Source: a virus
Taxonomy: Duplodnaviria; Caudoviricetes
Strand: one strand, 5' to 3'
DNA length: 59,520 nt
IMG/VR virus record: IMGVR_UViG_3300030389_001291
Span: 1-59,520 of that record
The notes below the pieces were generated by a model. That model did no database searches. It had not been told where the DNA came from and saw nothing but the letters and a program-made list of their open reading frames with translations. The position numbers were made by a program, and so were the translations under genes. The first letter of the stretch is position 1. Each line of letters starts with the position of its first letter. Shown one piece after another: positions 1 through 7,602 of this stretch.

Positions 1-98
1 AAATCAGAATTTTAACCTTAACTGTCCTTGGAGGGACAATTTATTATGCAAAATAATCATAATAAAAAAACGGGGTCTCCAGTTTCTACTGTAGTTTC
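1..98. repeat. Terminal overlap (identical to 59422-59519); circular or terminally redundant assembly
   Basis: 98-nt exact match between the contig start and end. The end copy reads into the same gene start. Confidence 0.95.
23..38 (+). promoter_or_regulatory. RBS hairpin with UUGGAG loop (early-gene type)
   Basis: TGTCC-TTGGAG-GGACA, followed by ATG at 46. Confidence 0.8.
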
Positions 99-828
99 TG
101 ATGAAACGAAACTTTGGTTAGAAAACTTAGAGACTAAATATGGTATTGGTGTTGGTAGACAACTTTTTTATGTCTTAGCAGACATTATTCAATCTGAAAA
201 AGATTTAGAAAAGTTGGTAGTCAAAGGATTACTTAAAGAGCATGAAAGCAAAGGGAAACTTTTGCAAGATATGGCTAATGAACTTGGATTAAATTCTAAT
301 TCTAAGCCAGTTATTAGTGCTAATGTTGTTGATGTTTTTACTAAAAAAACTAAACCAATAAACAAGACTATTAAGAAAGTCTTAAAGACTAATTCTGATA
401 TCAATACTAAAATGAAATCCGCTATGCAAGATTGCGTTAGTAAAAATCAATCGAATGAATTTGAGATTGATTGGACTAGCCTAGGCAAATATAGATATTC
501 TGATTTAGATATTTTAGGAATGTCATTGAAAGGATATTCTGTATTAAAAGAAGATAATCTTTTCTGTGGATTTAAAAGTGGTATGTTTGCTACTCTTCAC
601 AACCAAGCGTTGGCATTGTGGAGGGATGAGGAAAAGCAACCTACGATTAAAGAAATTGTTAGATTGCAACCACGATATACCAAGACTGGAGAACTTAGGA
701 ATTTGTGTATTCAGTCTATCGCCAAGAGATTATTTAAGGCTATTGTTCACTTTGGAACTGCGGAAGAGAAACAGTTGTTATTTGGAACTTCTGAAATCTA
801 TCCTAAGCCAAGGAAGAAAAAAGCCTAG
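46..828 (+). CDS. Hypothetical early protein (260 aa)
   Basis: ORF 28..828 with the start moved to ATG 46, downstream of the GGAGG SD. No family recognised. Confidence 0.8.
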   Translation: MQNNHNKKTGSPVSTVVSDETKLWLENLETKYGIGVGRQLFYVLADIIQSEKDLEKLVVKGLLKEHESKGKLLQDMANELGLNSNSKPVISANVVDVFTKKTKPINKTIKKVLKTNSDINTKMKSAMQDCVSKNQSNEFEIDWTSLGKYRYSDLDILGMSLKGYSVLKEDNLFCGFKSGMFATLHNQALALWRDEEKQPTIKEIVRLQPRYTKTGELRNLCIQSIAKRLFKAIVHFGTAEEKQLLFGTSEIYPKPRKKKA

Positions 829-977
829 AAAATAATAGACTGGTAAATATTTTATCATCTGATTCGGAGATGGTAATTTTTTGAGCTGATTTAAGAGGGG
901 GGTTTTTTGGGGTATCTTATGCCCTTACCCTCTTCTTAAATTTGCAATAGGCGAAGTCTCACGAAGTCAATTTTTGC

Positions 978-1038
978 AAAACTGTATAGAAAATGCGTAT
1001 TTTCTACTGATGATTGCCAAAAGGCATGAAACAGTTTT
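978..1038 (+). ncRNA. Hammerhead ribozyme, type III (HHR6), GUA cleavage after 986
   Basis: AAAACTG-TA/TAGAAAAT-gcgt-ATTTTCTA-CTGATGA-t-TGCC-aaaa-GGCA-t-GAAA-CAGTTTT. All three stems pair around the CUGAUGA/GAAA core. Confidence 0.9.
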
Positions 1039-1050
1039 ATTAATTTTAAC

Positions 1051-1066
1051 TGCCCTTGGAGGGGTA
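1051..1066 (+). promoter_or_regulatory. RBS hairpin with UUGGAG loop
   Basis: TGCCC-TTGGAG-GGGTA, with ATG at 1073. Confidence 0.8.
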
Positions 1067-1072
1067 ATTATT

Positions 1073-1393
1073 ATGAAAAATGAAAAAGAATATGTTTATG
1101 ACATTGAGGAATATTCCCAAGATGTTAGGCATTATCAAATTACATCTAATGTAAAACTTACTTATGATGAAGTTAGGAACTCTTATCAAGAAAGTGATGC
1201 TTATAATAGAGTGAAAGTCTTTAGAGGTTTTAAAAATAGTTGTAATAATTTATCAAAACTTATTGACTGGTCTAATGATAGATTTACAAATCATCAAATA
1301 GACAAACAAATCAAAGTCTATGGTGTTTTTCAAGGCACAAAGTATGGCGATGATTGTCAAGTTGATATAACTGGAGAATTTGAAAATGACTAA
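1073..1393 (+). CDS. Hypothetical early protein (106 aa)
   Basis: ORF 974..1393. The likely start is ATG 1073 after the SD, because the upstream part of the ORF is the ribozyme. Confidence 0.75.
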   Translation: MKNEKEYVYDIEEYSQDVRHYQITSNVKLTYDEVRNSYQESDAYNRVKVFRGFKNSCNNLSKLIDWSNDRFTNHQIDKQIKVYGVFQGTKYGDDCQVDITGEFEND

Positions 1394-1652
1394 TAGGGAA
1401 TTGTTAGAATTTACTTTGAAAGTAAACATAGGAACTTGCAACGAAATCTATACGAAGATTGATAGGCAACTAGAAGAGAAATCAGATATTGATATGGCTC
1501 TAGTTAAATATTTTAATACTTTGGTTTCGATTAATCACAAAGTGCAAGATGTTTTATACAAAGAAAGGGCGGATATGAATTTACCTTTTCCAAAACATCT
1601 TGGATTTACAAGTGATAATCAAATAATAGAAGTTGAAGTGCAAGATATATAA
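1386..1652 (+). CDS. Hypothetical protein
   Basis: ORF overlapping the previous stop, with a GGAG SD upstream of ATG 1386. Confidence 0.7.
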   Translation: MTNRELLEFTLKVNIGTCNEIYTKIDRQLEEKSDIDMALVKYFNTLVSINHKVQDVLYKERADMNLPFPKHLGFTSDNQIIEVEVQDI

Positions 1653-1659
1653 ATAAATT

Positions 1660-1704
1660 AAGGCGGGATGCTACTGTAAAAGGTGGTGTCCCGCCTTTTT
1701 TTTT
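1660..1704 (+). terminator. Rho-independent terminator ending the early operon
   Basis: AAGGCGGGATGCTAC...GTGGTGTCCCGCCTT followed by a long T run. Confidence 0.85.
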
Positions 1705-1861
1705 GGTCTAAAAAAAGAGAATATGGTGGAGCTATCGCAGGTGCTAATAAAAAATATTTACTGGTATATTGTTTTTTCTGGTGTTGCGTGGTGTCAAATT
1801 TGAGGACATGAACACATGATTCAATATGCTATAAATTATATATATTTACTGGTTTTTTGGC

Positions 1862-1893
1862 TGTGGATAAGTCTGTGGAAAAGTTGTGTATAA
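1862..1893 (-). promoter_or_regulatory. Three tandem DnaA boxes
   Basis: TGTGGATAA (1862), TGTGGAAAA (1874) and TGTGTATAA (1885) are reverse complements of TTATNCACA with 0, 1 and 0 mismatches. Confidence 0.7.
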
Positions 1894-1896
1894 CTC

Positions 1897-1925
1897 TTGC
1901 AATATGCTATCTTTTATATTATATT
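1897..1925 (+). promoter_or_regulatory. Sigma70-type promoter for the small RNA
   Basis: TTGCAA-17 nt-TATATT. Confidence 0.6.
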
Positions 1926-1931
1926 GTGATT

Positions 1932-2018
1932 ACCAACATGAAATATAGAATGTAAGTTCATTTACTATATTACCTCCAAGGTAGGGAGGCAGTCGAAAAG
2001 ACTGCTTCCCTTTTTTTT
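1932..2018 (+). ncRNA. Putative ~87-nt small RNA with an anti-SD loop (CCUCCAAG)
   Basis: Has its own promoter, three hairpins and a strong terminator (1984-2018). It has no translatable ORF on this strand, and 1973-1980 is the reverse complement of the CTTGGAGG motif. Confidence 0.6.
1984..2018 (+). terminator. Rho-independent terminator
   Basis: GGGAGGCAGTC-gaaaa-GACTGCTTCCC-T8. Confidence 0.9.
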
Positions 2019-2251
2019 GTCTTTAAGTGATAGTCTAGTGATAGTTGTCCTTATAGTTGCAAACTACACACCTGTCAGTTCCATCAAAAAAATTTACTGG
2101 TAAATATTTTTTTTTAGCTAGAACCTTCTAGCTCCTTCGGTAAAACAATAGACTGGTAAATATTTATATAAAATCCTACGGCTGTGTTGTACAACCTGTG
2201 GTGCAAATAATACAGCAGTAGGGTAAATGTTCCATGTAGAACAATATGTAT

Positions 2252-2280
2252 TTCACTTTGATAGCATTTTGCATTATAAT
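2252..2280 (+). promoter_or_regulatory. Sigma70-type promoter (near-duplicate at 37482-37510)
   Basis: TTCACT-TTGATAGCATTTTGCAT-TATAAT, with ATG only 8 nt downstream. Confidence 0.7.
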
Positions 2281-2288
2281 AGTAGCTT

Positions 2289-2603
2289 ATGTATGCGGTA
2301 ATAAGACACACATATCACTTAGATATACCCGAGCCAAGTAATGTTCACTCAACTAAATCTAGTGCTAAATGGCGACATTTCGTATGGATATTTGAGACTG
2401 AACTAAACGCTCTTGCTTTTGCCATATCTCTTTTAGATGACCCTTTGATTATGTCTAACGAATGGTTAATCGAAAGTGCTATCAAGCAATTAGAAGAAAA
2501 TAGGTATTATCAAGTAGGTAGGGAAAGTGTTGCTATTGCAGAAGTGCAAGACAGTCCGCAGATAATTTATAAGGATGATAACCATGAAAAGTCTATTCAT
2601 TAG
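2289..2603 (+). CDS. Hypothetical protein (probably a leaderless transcript)
   Basis: 104-aa ORF immediately after the promoter, with no SD. Confidence 0.7.
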   Translation: MYAVIRHTYHLDIPEPSNVHSTKSSAKWRHFVWIFETELNALAFAISLLDDPLIMSNEWLIESAIKQLEENRYYQVGRESVAIAEVQDSPQIIYKDDNHEKSIH

Positions 2604-2847
2604 ATGTTCAGAAGAAACCTATGAATTGGCACATTCTCTAGCTAAGAAAGAAAGTCGCTCACTCAACAAACAAATTATTCATATGATACATAGTTTGGCA
2701 GATGAAAAAGGACTTAGTGTAGAAGAAGATACTGCTGAACAAGAGGGTAAAGCTATATTTAGCGGAACTATCAATAGCGATAACTACGATACTAAACTTG
2801 GTTTGCGAGGGATTGCTGAAACAAGGAAACAGGATTTTTCTGATTAA
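2584..2847 (+). CDS. Arc-like ribbon-helix-helix DNA-binding regulator
   Basis: N-terminus KSLFIRCSEETYELAHSLAKKESRSLNKQIIHMI fits the Arc/Mnt pattern (beta strand, helix, RSLN helix). Confidence 0.75.
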   Translation: MKSLFIRCSEETYELAHSLAKKESRSLNKQIIHMIHSLADEKGLSVEEDTAEQEGKAIFSGTINSDNYDTKLGLRGIAETRKQDFSD

Positions 2848-3340
2848 GATACCAGTATGTTAGTAGTGCATTAGAACATTCTTGCATTACTAACTCCTTG
2901 GTTTTGTTAATTTTAGTAGGATTATCTACCATTATTCGCCAAAAAATCTTCTCTCTCTCATGCCCACACTCACTCACTATTCTTTTTTGAACTCTCGATA
3001 ACATAACCGCCCTTGGCAAAGGCTTAAAAAAACTATGACTGGTAAATATTTCTTTCCCATCTCCAGAACTGTGTGGAAAAACTCCGCTTTTTGATATTAA
3101 TTCCAAGTAGCGATTACATACATTATGTTGTTGTGCTGTTAGTTTGTTATCTAAATAAGATTTATCTATGATGTGTTGGTCGAACACGATTGCTCTTCCA
3201 ACCTTGCTTTTACCAATTCTAGTTATTGCAACTTGGTTTCGTAGATGTAAATAAGGACTGCCTAAATCATTAATCTGTAATGTTTCAGAACTCCCAGTCA
3301 AAGTTATCATCAACTTCTTCAATTTCTGCGTATCTCCCAT
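2792..3340 (-). CDS. Hypothetical protein
   Basis: 182-aa ORF downstream of the helicase. Start is uncertain. Confidence 0.65.
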   Translation of the reverse strand: MGDTQKLKKLMITLTGSSETLQINDLGSPYLHLRNQVAITRIGKSKVGRAIVFDQHIIDKSYLDNKLTAQQHNVCNRYLELISKSGVFPHSSGDGKEIFTSHSFFKPLPRAVMLSRVQKRIVSECGHEREKIFWRIMVDNPTKINKTKELVMQECSNALLTYWYLNQKNPVSLFQQSLANQV

Positions 3341-5054
3341 TTACTGGATTAAAGGACATATTAACACTTCCTAACTTACCTTGCCAACCCCATCTAGCTT
3401 TCCAGTTATGTATCTCAACTCCCTCTTCTCCTCTATAAACAGTCAATCCAGTATCAGCTTTACTAAACCAAGCATAAGATTTAGCTACATCAACACCAGT
3501 ACAAACATTCTTTTTGCCATCCCTAATGAAAGGCTTTGTAGGATGTGCGACAAAGAACACCAATACATCATGTTGCTTTGCGAATAACTGCACTTTTGTT
3601 AGCATTTCGCTGACCATATCAGTTTCTAACCCAGTATGTTCAGTATGTATAAAGTTAAATGGGTCTATGACTAATACTCTTATGCCATATCTCATAACTG
3701 CACTTGCTCCCTTTTCTAAGATAGCTTCTATTGTTGGCAACCCGCCATCTTGATAGTCTTGAAATAGTATGTGTTCTCTTATCCAAGTCTCCGCAAAGTC
3801 TTTCTCTTCTTGGGTCATTCTTATATTAGTACCCTCAAAGAATGGCTTACCTACAAGGATTTGAGACAACTGAACTGCATGAAGCTGAACTGGTTTTTCA
3901 AAAGAACAGAAACAAGTTTTCCACCCGTTGTTCCTTGCAACATTAACCACTAATTGGTCTATGAAAGCTGACTTACCATCCCCCGCATGACCAGTACACA
4001 CAACTAAATTGCCTGTAGATAAAGTAAATATCTCATCAACACTTGCATATCCTGTAGATACACCGCTTGGCATACCTTTATCATATAAACTTTGAAACTC
4101 ATCTGCATAATGGTCTAGGTTATTTAAACCATGTAAAGGTATTGGCTCGGCATTTAGCACGACATCTCTTAGCTTTTCTGCTCCATGTTTTAATAGAACA
4201 TCATTAGCATCTTTACAATCTAGGTTATCTACTCTATAACATCTAGCTTTATTTAATCTTCTAGCTAATTCATCTGCTAGTATGTTTCCGTTTTCATCTG
4301 CATCTGTACAAAGAATAATCCTTTCAACATTCTCAAACTTATCCCTATCATTCCATACATACTTAAATCTACCATCTTCGCTTGGGTCTATCTTGTTATC
4401 AGTAATCTTGTTTGGAGCTCCATTGGGAACAGAATAGCAATCTACATTCATCACACCCTCAAAAGCTGTTTTGATAGCTAGTGTGTCCATTTCTCCCTCG
4501 GTTATGATGATTGTGCTTTTTAATGTTGGCAATTTGCTATCATAAACCTGTTGACCCCACAACTTTTGAGCGTTCCCATCCCACCAAAAACTCTTGCTTC
4601 CATTTGCACTTCTATACTTAACTGCTTCTACCTCTCCATCGCTAACGAAGGAAAAACCTATGACTGGTTTATATTTTTTTTCCGTCAGGATGCACCCTGC
4701 TGTCTCCGAGGCTGTAATACTTATACCTCTTTCCTGCAACCAATCACTAGCTTTACCATTAGATATATTTTCTGGAACTTCTACTGGTTTTTTTACTTCT
4801 TGTTTTACTACTTTCATTTTAAAATCCTCTCTCCTTGAAACTAAACCATTGATACCGCAATGATGACAATGATATATAACCTTATCAGCTTCTATGTTTA
4901 CTGATAAAGGCTTGTCTTGTTTGTTTTTACTTCTTTGGTTTTGGCATACATGACAAGATATTTTATGTTGACCAAGTTTCATACCGCTTGTCCTTGGCTG
5001 ATTATTTACATGACTTAAAAAATCTCTTTTATCCATTTCACTATTGACATACAT
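3285..5054 (-). CDS. Bifunctional DNA primase-helicase (T7 gp4/Twinkle-like)
   Basis: Zn ribbon CxxC...CHHC, TOPRIM (ITEGEMD, DxD, KDAND), Walker A GHAGDGKS, VIDP and VAHP helicase motifs. Confidence 0.93.
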   Translation of the reverse strand: MYVNSEMDKRDFLSHVNNQPRTSGMKLGQHKISCHVCQNQRSKNKQDKPLSVNIEADKVIYHCHHCGINGLVSRREDFKMKVVKQEVKKPVEVPENISNGKASDWLQERGISITASETAGCILTEKKYKPVIGFSFVSDGEVEAVKYRSANGSKSFWWDGNAQKLWGQQVYDSKLPTLKSTIIITEGEMDTLAIKTAFEGVMNVDCYSVPNGAPNKITDNKIDPSEDGRFKYVWNDRDKFENVERIILCTDADENGNILADELARRLNKARCYRVDNLDCKDANDVLLKHGAEKLRDVVLNAEPIPLHGLNNLDHYADEFQSLYDKGMPSGVSTGYASVDEIFTLSTGNLVVCTGHAGDGKSAFIDQLVVNVARNNGWKTCFCSFEKPVQLHAVQLSQILVGKPFFEGTNIRMTQEEKDFAETWIREHILFQDYQDGGLPTIEAILEKGASAVMRYGIRVLVIDPFNFIHTEHTGLETDMVSEMLTKVQLFAKQHDVLVFFVAHPTKPFIRDGKKNVCTGVDVAKSYAWFSKADTGLTVYRGEEGVEIHNWKARWGWQGKLGSVNMSFNPVNGRYAEIEEVDDNFDWEF

Positions 5055-5126
5055 CTCTTACCTCCTATAGTATGTATATACTTACTATGTAGTAGATACT
5101 ACTTAATATTAAAATATAGTAAGTAT

Positions 5127-5420
5127 CTACCTACTATATATACCAAAATACTCATCAACCATATCGCAGACATCTTCTGCAAGTCTTTTCTTAGATAGTA
5201 TTGGATAAGTATTTAACTCCTTTATTGCATTGAAAATGCCATCAGAATTGATGTCATTACGCTTACACAAATTGGAAAAATCATCAGACATAAAGTATAA
5301 TAAGGCTTCACTAGAAATTTTTGGATGCTTACTAGCTACATCTCTTACTGCTTGTTTGACTACTAAACCATCTAAAGTTTTTTGGTCTGTATCTGAATTT
5401 ATGTAGTCAGTCTGTTGCAT
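5127..5420 (-). CDS. Hypothetical protein (probably leaderless)
   Basis: 97-aa ORF. A leftward -10 box ends 6 nt from its ATG. Confidence 0.7.
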   Translation of the reverse strand: MQQTDYINSDTDQKTLDGLVVKQAVRDVASKHPKISSEALLYFMSDDFSNLCKRNDINSDGIFNAIKELNTYPILSKKRLAEDVCDMVDEYFGIYSR

Positions 5421-5426
5421 AAAAAT

Positions 5427-5470
5427 ATATTACAATAAACTCTTGACATTATCAACACATCATCTACACT
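5427..5470. promoter_or_regulatory. Overlapping divergent sigma70 promoters
   Basis: Rightward TTGACA(5443)-16 nt-TACACT(5465). Leftward TTGATA(5455)-17 nt-TAATAT(5432). Confidence 0.65.
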
Positions 5471-5476
5471 TATATA

Positions 5477-5805
5477 TGACATCAACTGAATACAAGTTCA
5501 AACAACTTTATTTATAGTGATGAATTTGTAGATGTCAATGCAAAGTATAGGGATAACTTGGAATGTATTACGCCAAGGGTTCGTTGATAATACACGCTTT
5601 GCACAGTAAGGTTAGCGGAAAAGTGGATAGCTATTAAAGTATAAATCCAGTTTGAGAAAAACGCTCATATGAACAACGCCTTACTAGACTGATTTTTCCT
5701 CATGTGCGAGGGTGTTTCAATGTCGATAAATAACAAAACACAGCATTGCGGGTCAGCTTTTTGCTAGTTTTACAATTCCCAAACCAAAAAAAACTAGCAT
5801 TTTTT
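5477..5805 (+). ncRNA. Structured non-coding leader or ncRNA of unknown class
   Basis: About 330 nt without an ORF of 60 aa or more, with consecutive self-closing helical domains, a likely pseudoknot and a terminal hairpin plus U run. Confidence 0.5.
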
Positions 5806-5815
5806 AGGAAAGCAT

Positions 5816-5977
5816 ATGACAACATTAGATGAAAAAGAAATACTTCTACTACAAATCTTGTTAGACAAAATCACACCACAACAGTTAGCACATATAAGTA
5901 GTATGCTTAATGTAGATGCTAACTACATAAAAGGCTTATCAGCTAAATTGAATTTTTTACCAAAAGGAGGACAATAA
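5816..5977 (+). CDS. Small hypothetical protein (53 aa)
   Basis: AGGA SD and an open frame MTTLDEKE...GGQ that abuts the next ATG. Below the ORF-track cutoff. Confidence 0.55.
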   Translation: MTTLDEKEILLLQILLDKITPQQLAHISSMLNVDANYIKGLSAKLNFLPKGGQ

Positions 5978-6220
5978 ATGCAATTTAAAATAGAAGATGG
6001 CATACCTGTACCAAAAGGAGTAGGAAAGCCTAGAAAGTATGATTTACCTTTGGAGGACATGAACAAGGGTCAGACTATAAAAGTCCCTCTAGCGAAGTCT
6101 AAGATAGCTTCTGAGGTAAAGATAATTAGAAACTACTGTTTAAGGTTTACACACAAAAACCCTAGTTATAAATTTACTGTTAGGCAATTAGAAGATGGAG
6201 TAGGTATATGGAGATTGTAA
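5978..6220 (+). CDS. Small phage protein, possibly DNA-binding
   Basis: FKIEDGIPVP...RKYDLP...GVGIWR pattern common in phages, with a strong AGGAGG SD. Confidence 0.7.
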   Translation: MQFKIEDGIPVPKGVGKPRKYDLPLEDMNKGQTIKVPLAKSKIASEVKIIRNYCLRFTHKNPSYKFTVRQLEDGVGIWRL

Positions 6221-6228
6221 AAAGTCAA

Positions 6229-6381
6229 ATGCAAACTTTAGAACAGCGATTAAAAGAAGCAAAGAATATACTAAAAGAAAGTAAAGAAATGGTAAAGCAA
6301 ATGCAAGACACAGTTTTCTGTATGGAAGTAGATATAGCTAGACTAAAAGAAAAGATAAAAGGAAGTGAAGTACACCAATAA
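6229..6381 (+). CDS. Small coiled-coil hypothetical protein (50 aa)
   Basis: Open frame that fills the gap between neighbours. Confidence 0.45.
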   Translation: MQTLEQRLKEAKNILKESKEMVKQMQDTVFCMEVDIARLKEKIKGSEVHQ

Positions 6382-7252
6382 ACACAATGTACCGCAAGAG
6401 ATAATCAATGCGGTACATAATGATAGCTACAGTAGGGGTAAAGCTACCATATCTGCTACTGGTCTATTACAACCACCAAGGATTAGATTGTTGGCACAAG
6501 AACATTACGAAGAATTAACTATAGATATATCAGATGAGATATGGAAATTGTTAGGTCAATCAGTCCACACTATATTAGAAAGAGCCAACGAGGAGAACGA
6601 GGACACTATTACAGAACAAAGAATGTATGCAATAGTAAAAGATTGGACAATAAGCGGTCAGACAGACAGCATAGATATTAAAAACAACATATTAAAAGAT
6701 TACAAGATAACTTCTGCTTGGTCTATCGTGTCTGCTTTGCAAGATGGCAAGAAAGATTGGGAACAACAGCTTAATATATATGCGTATCTGTACAAGCAAA
6801 ACACAGGAAAAACTATTGACCAGTTAAATATTATTGCGATAGCGAGAGACTGGAACAGAAATCAGTACTTGCGTAGTGGTGGGGATTACCCGCCATCCCC
6901 AATCACAGTTTTAAACATAGATTTATGGAGCGATGAAGAGCAACAAGCCTTTATCGAAGAAAGAGTTTCAATCCATCAAGAAGCAGAAGTGCAGTATCTC
7001 ATCAATGATGAGTTGCCTTTGTGTACTGATGAAGAAAGGTGGAGAAGAAAAGATACTTATAGAGTGGAAAAGAAAGGTAGAAAGACTGCTGTTAGAGTGC
7101 TTGATACTAGAGAAGAAGCTGATGAGTATATAGGTGGTCATAAAGATAGTAAGTTGCTGAAAGTCGTAGAAGCCAAAGGCGAGTGCGTTAGATGTGCTAA
7201 CTATTGTGATGTGGCTGAATTTTGTAATCAATATAACGAGGAAAGCAAATGA
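6365..7252 (+). CDS. PD-(D/E)XK exonuclease (Cas4/RecB-like)
   Basis: ISATGL, GQSVH, SGQTD...DYK and QQLNIY motifs, plus a C-terminal Cys cluster. Confidence 0.8.
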   Translation: MKYTNKHNVPQEIINAVHNDSYSRGKATISATGLLQPPRIRLLAQEHYEELTIDISDEIWKLLGQSVHTILERANEENEDTITEQRMYAIVKDWTISGQTDSIDIKNNILKDYKITSAWSIVSALQDGKKDWEQQLNIYAYLYKQNTGKTIDQLNIIAIARDWNRNQYLRSGGDYPPSPITVLNIDLWSDEEQQAFIEERVSIHQEAEVQYLINDELPLCTDEERWRRKDTYRVEKKGRKTAVRVLDTREEADEYIGGHKDSKLLKVVEAKGECVRCANYCDVAEFCNQYNEESK

Positions 7253-7602
7253 ATATTGAAGTAAAAAAAGCTATTGAGGTTATCGAAAATGCTTTGATTT
7301 TTTATGCAGAAGAGGGTATATCTTCTGATAAAAAAGCACAAAAAGAATTAGATGATGCTTGGAATATAGTGAAAGAAAAAAAGAATTATGGATATGGTTA
7401 TGATGATAGCAATTCTATAGTTATTATTTGGGAAATAGATGATATAAAAAACATTAGACCCGATTTGACTGATGATGAGTGCATGGAAGTTTTAGATTAT
7501 GCAGAAAGAAAACATGATGCAACATTGGGTATTACTTACGATACTTTAGAGTGGCATTGTGATTATCTGTTTCCAGTAAAGGAGGAAGCAAATAATGGCT
7601 GA
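7249..7602 (+). CDS. Hypothetical protein
   Basis: 117-aa acidic ORF coupled to its neighbours. Confidence 0.7.
   Translation: MNIEVKKAIEVIENALIFYAEEGISSDKKAQKELDDAWNIVKEKKNYGYGYDDSNSIVIIWEIDDIKNIRPDLTDDECMEVLDYAERKHDATLGITYDTLEWHCDYLFPVKEEANNG

Noticed and set aside
28-45. TTG starts given by the ORF track at 28, 974, 55158, 55582 and 57910
   Set aside because: These TTGs lie inside or upstream of the SD hairpin or ribozyme. The downstream ATTATG starts have proper SD spacing.
98-112. CTGATGA...GAAA inside the first gene as a seventh hammerhead
   Set aside because: Only 3 nt separate the core motifs, so there is no stem II. No matching stems I or III were found, and it lies in coding sequence.
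5477-5805. tRNA or tmRNA in the structured intergenic regions
   Set aside because: No cloverleaf, no T-loop in the proper context, and no acceptor stem or CCA end were found.
6365-7252. Cas4-like nuclease as evidence of a CRISPR system
   Set aside because: It is a stand-alone exonuclease beside the annealase and SSB, a normal phage recombination module, and there is no array.
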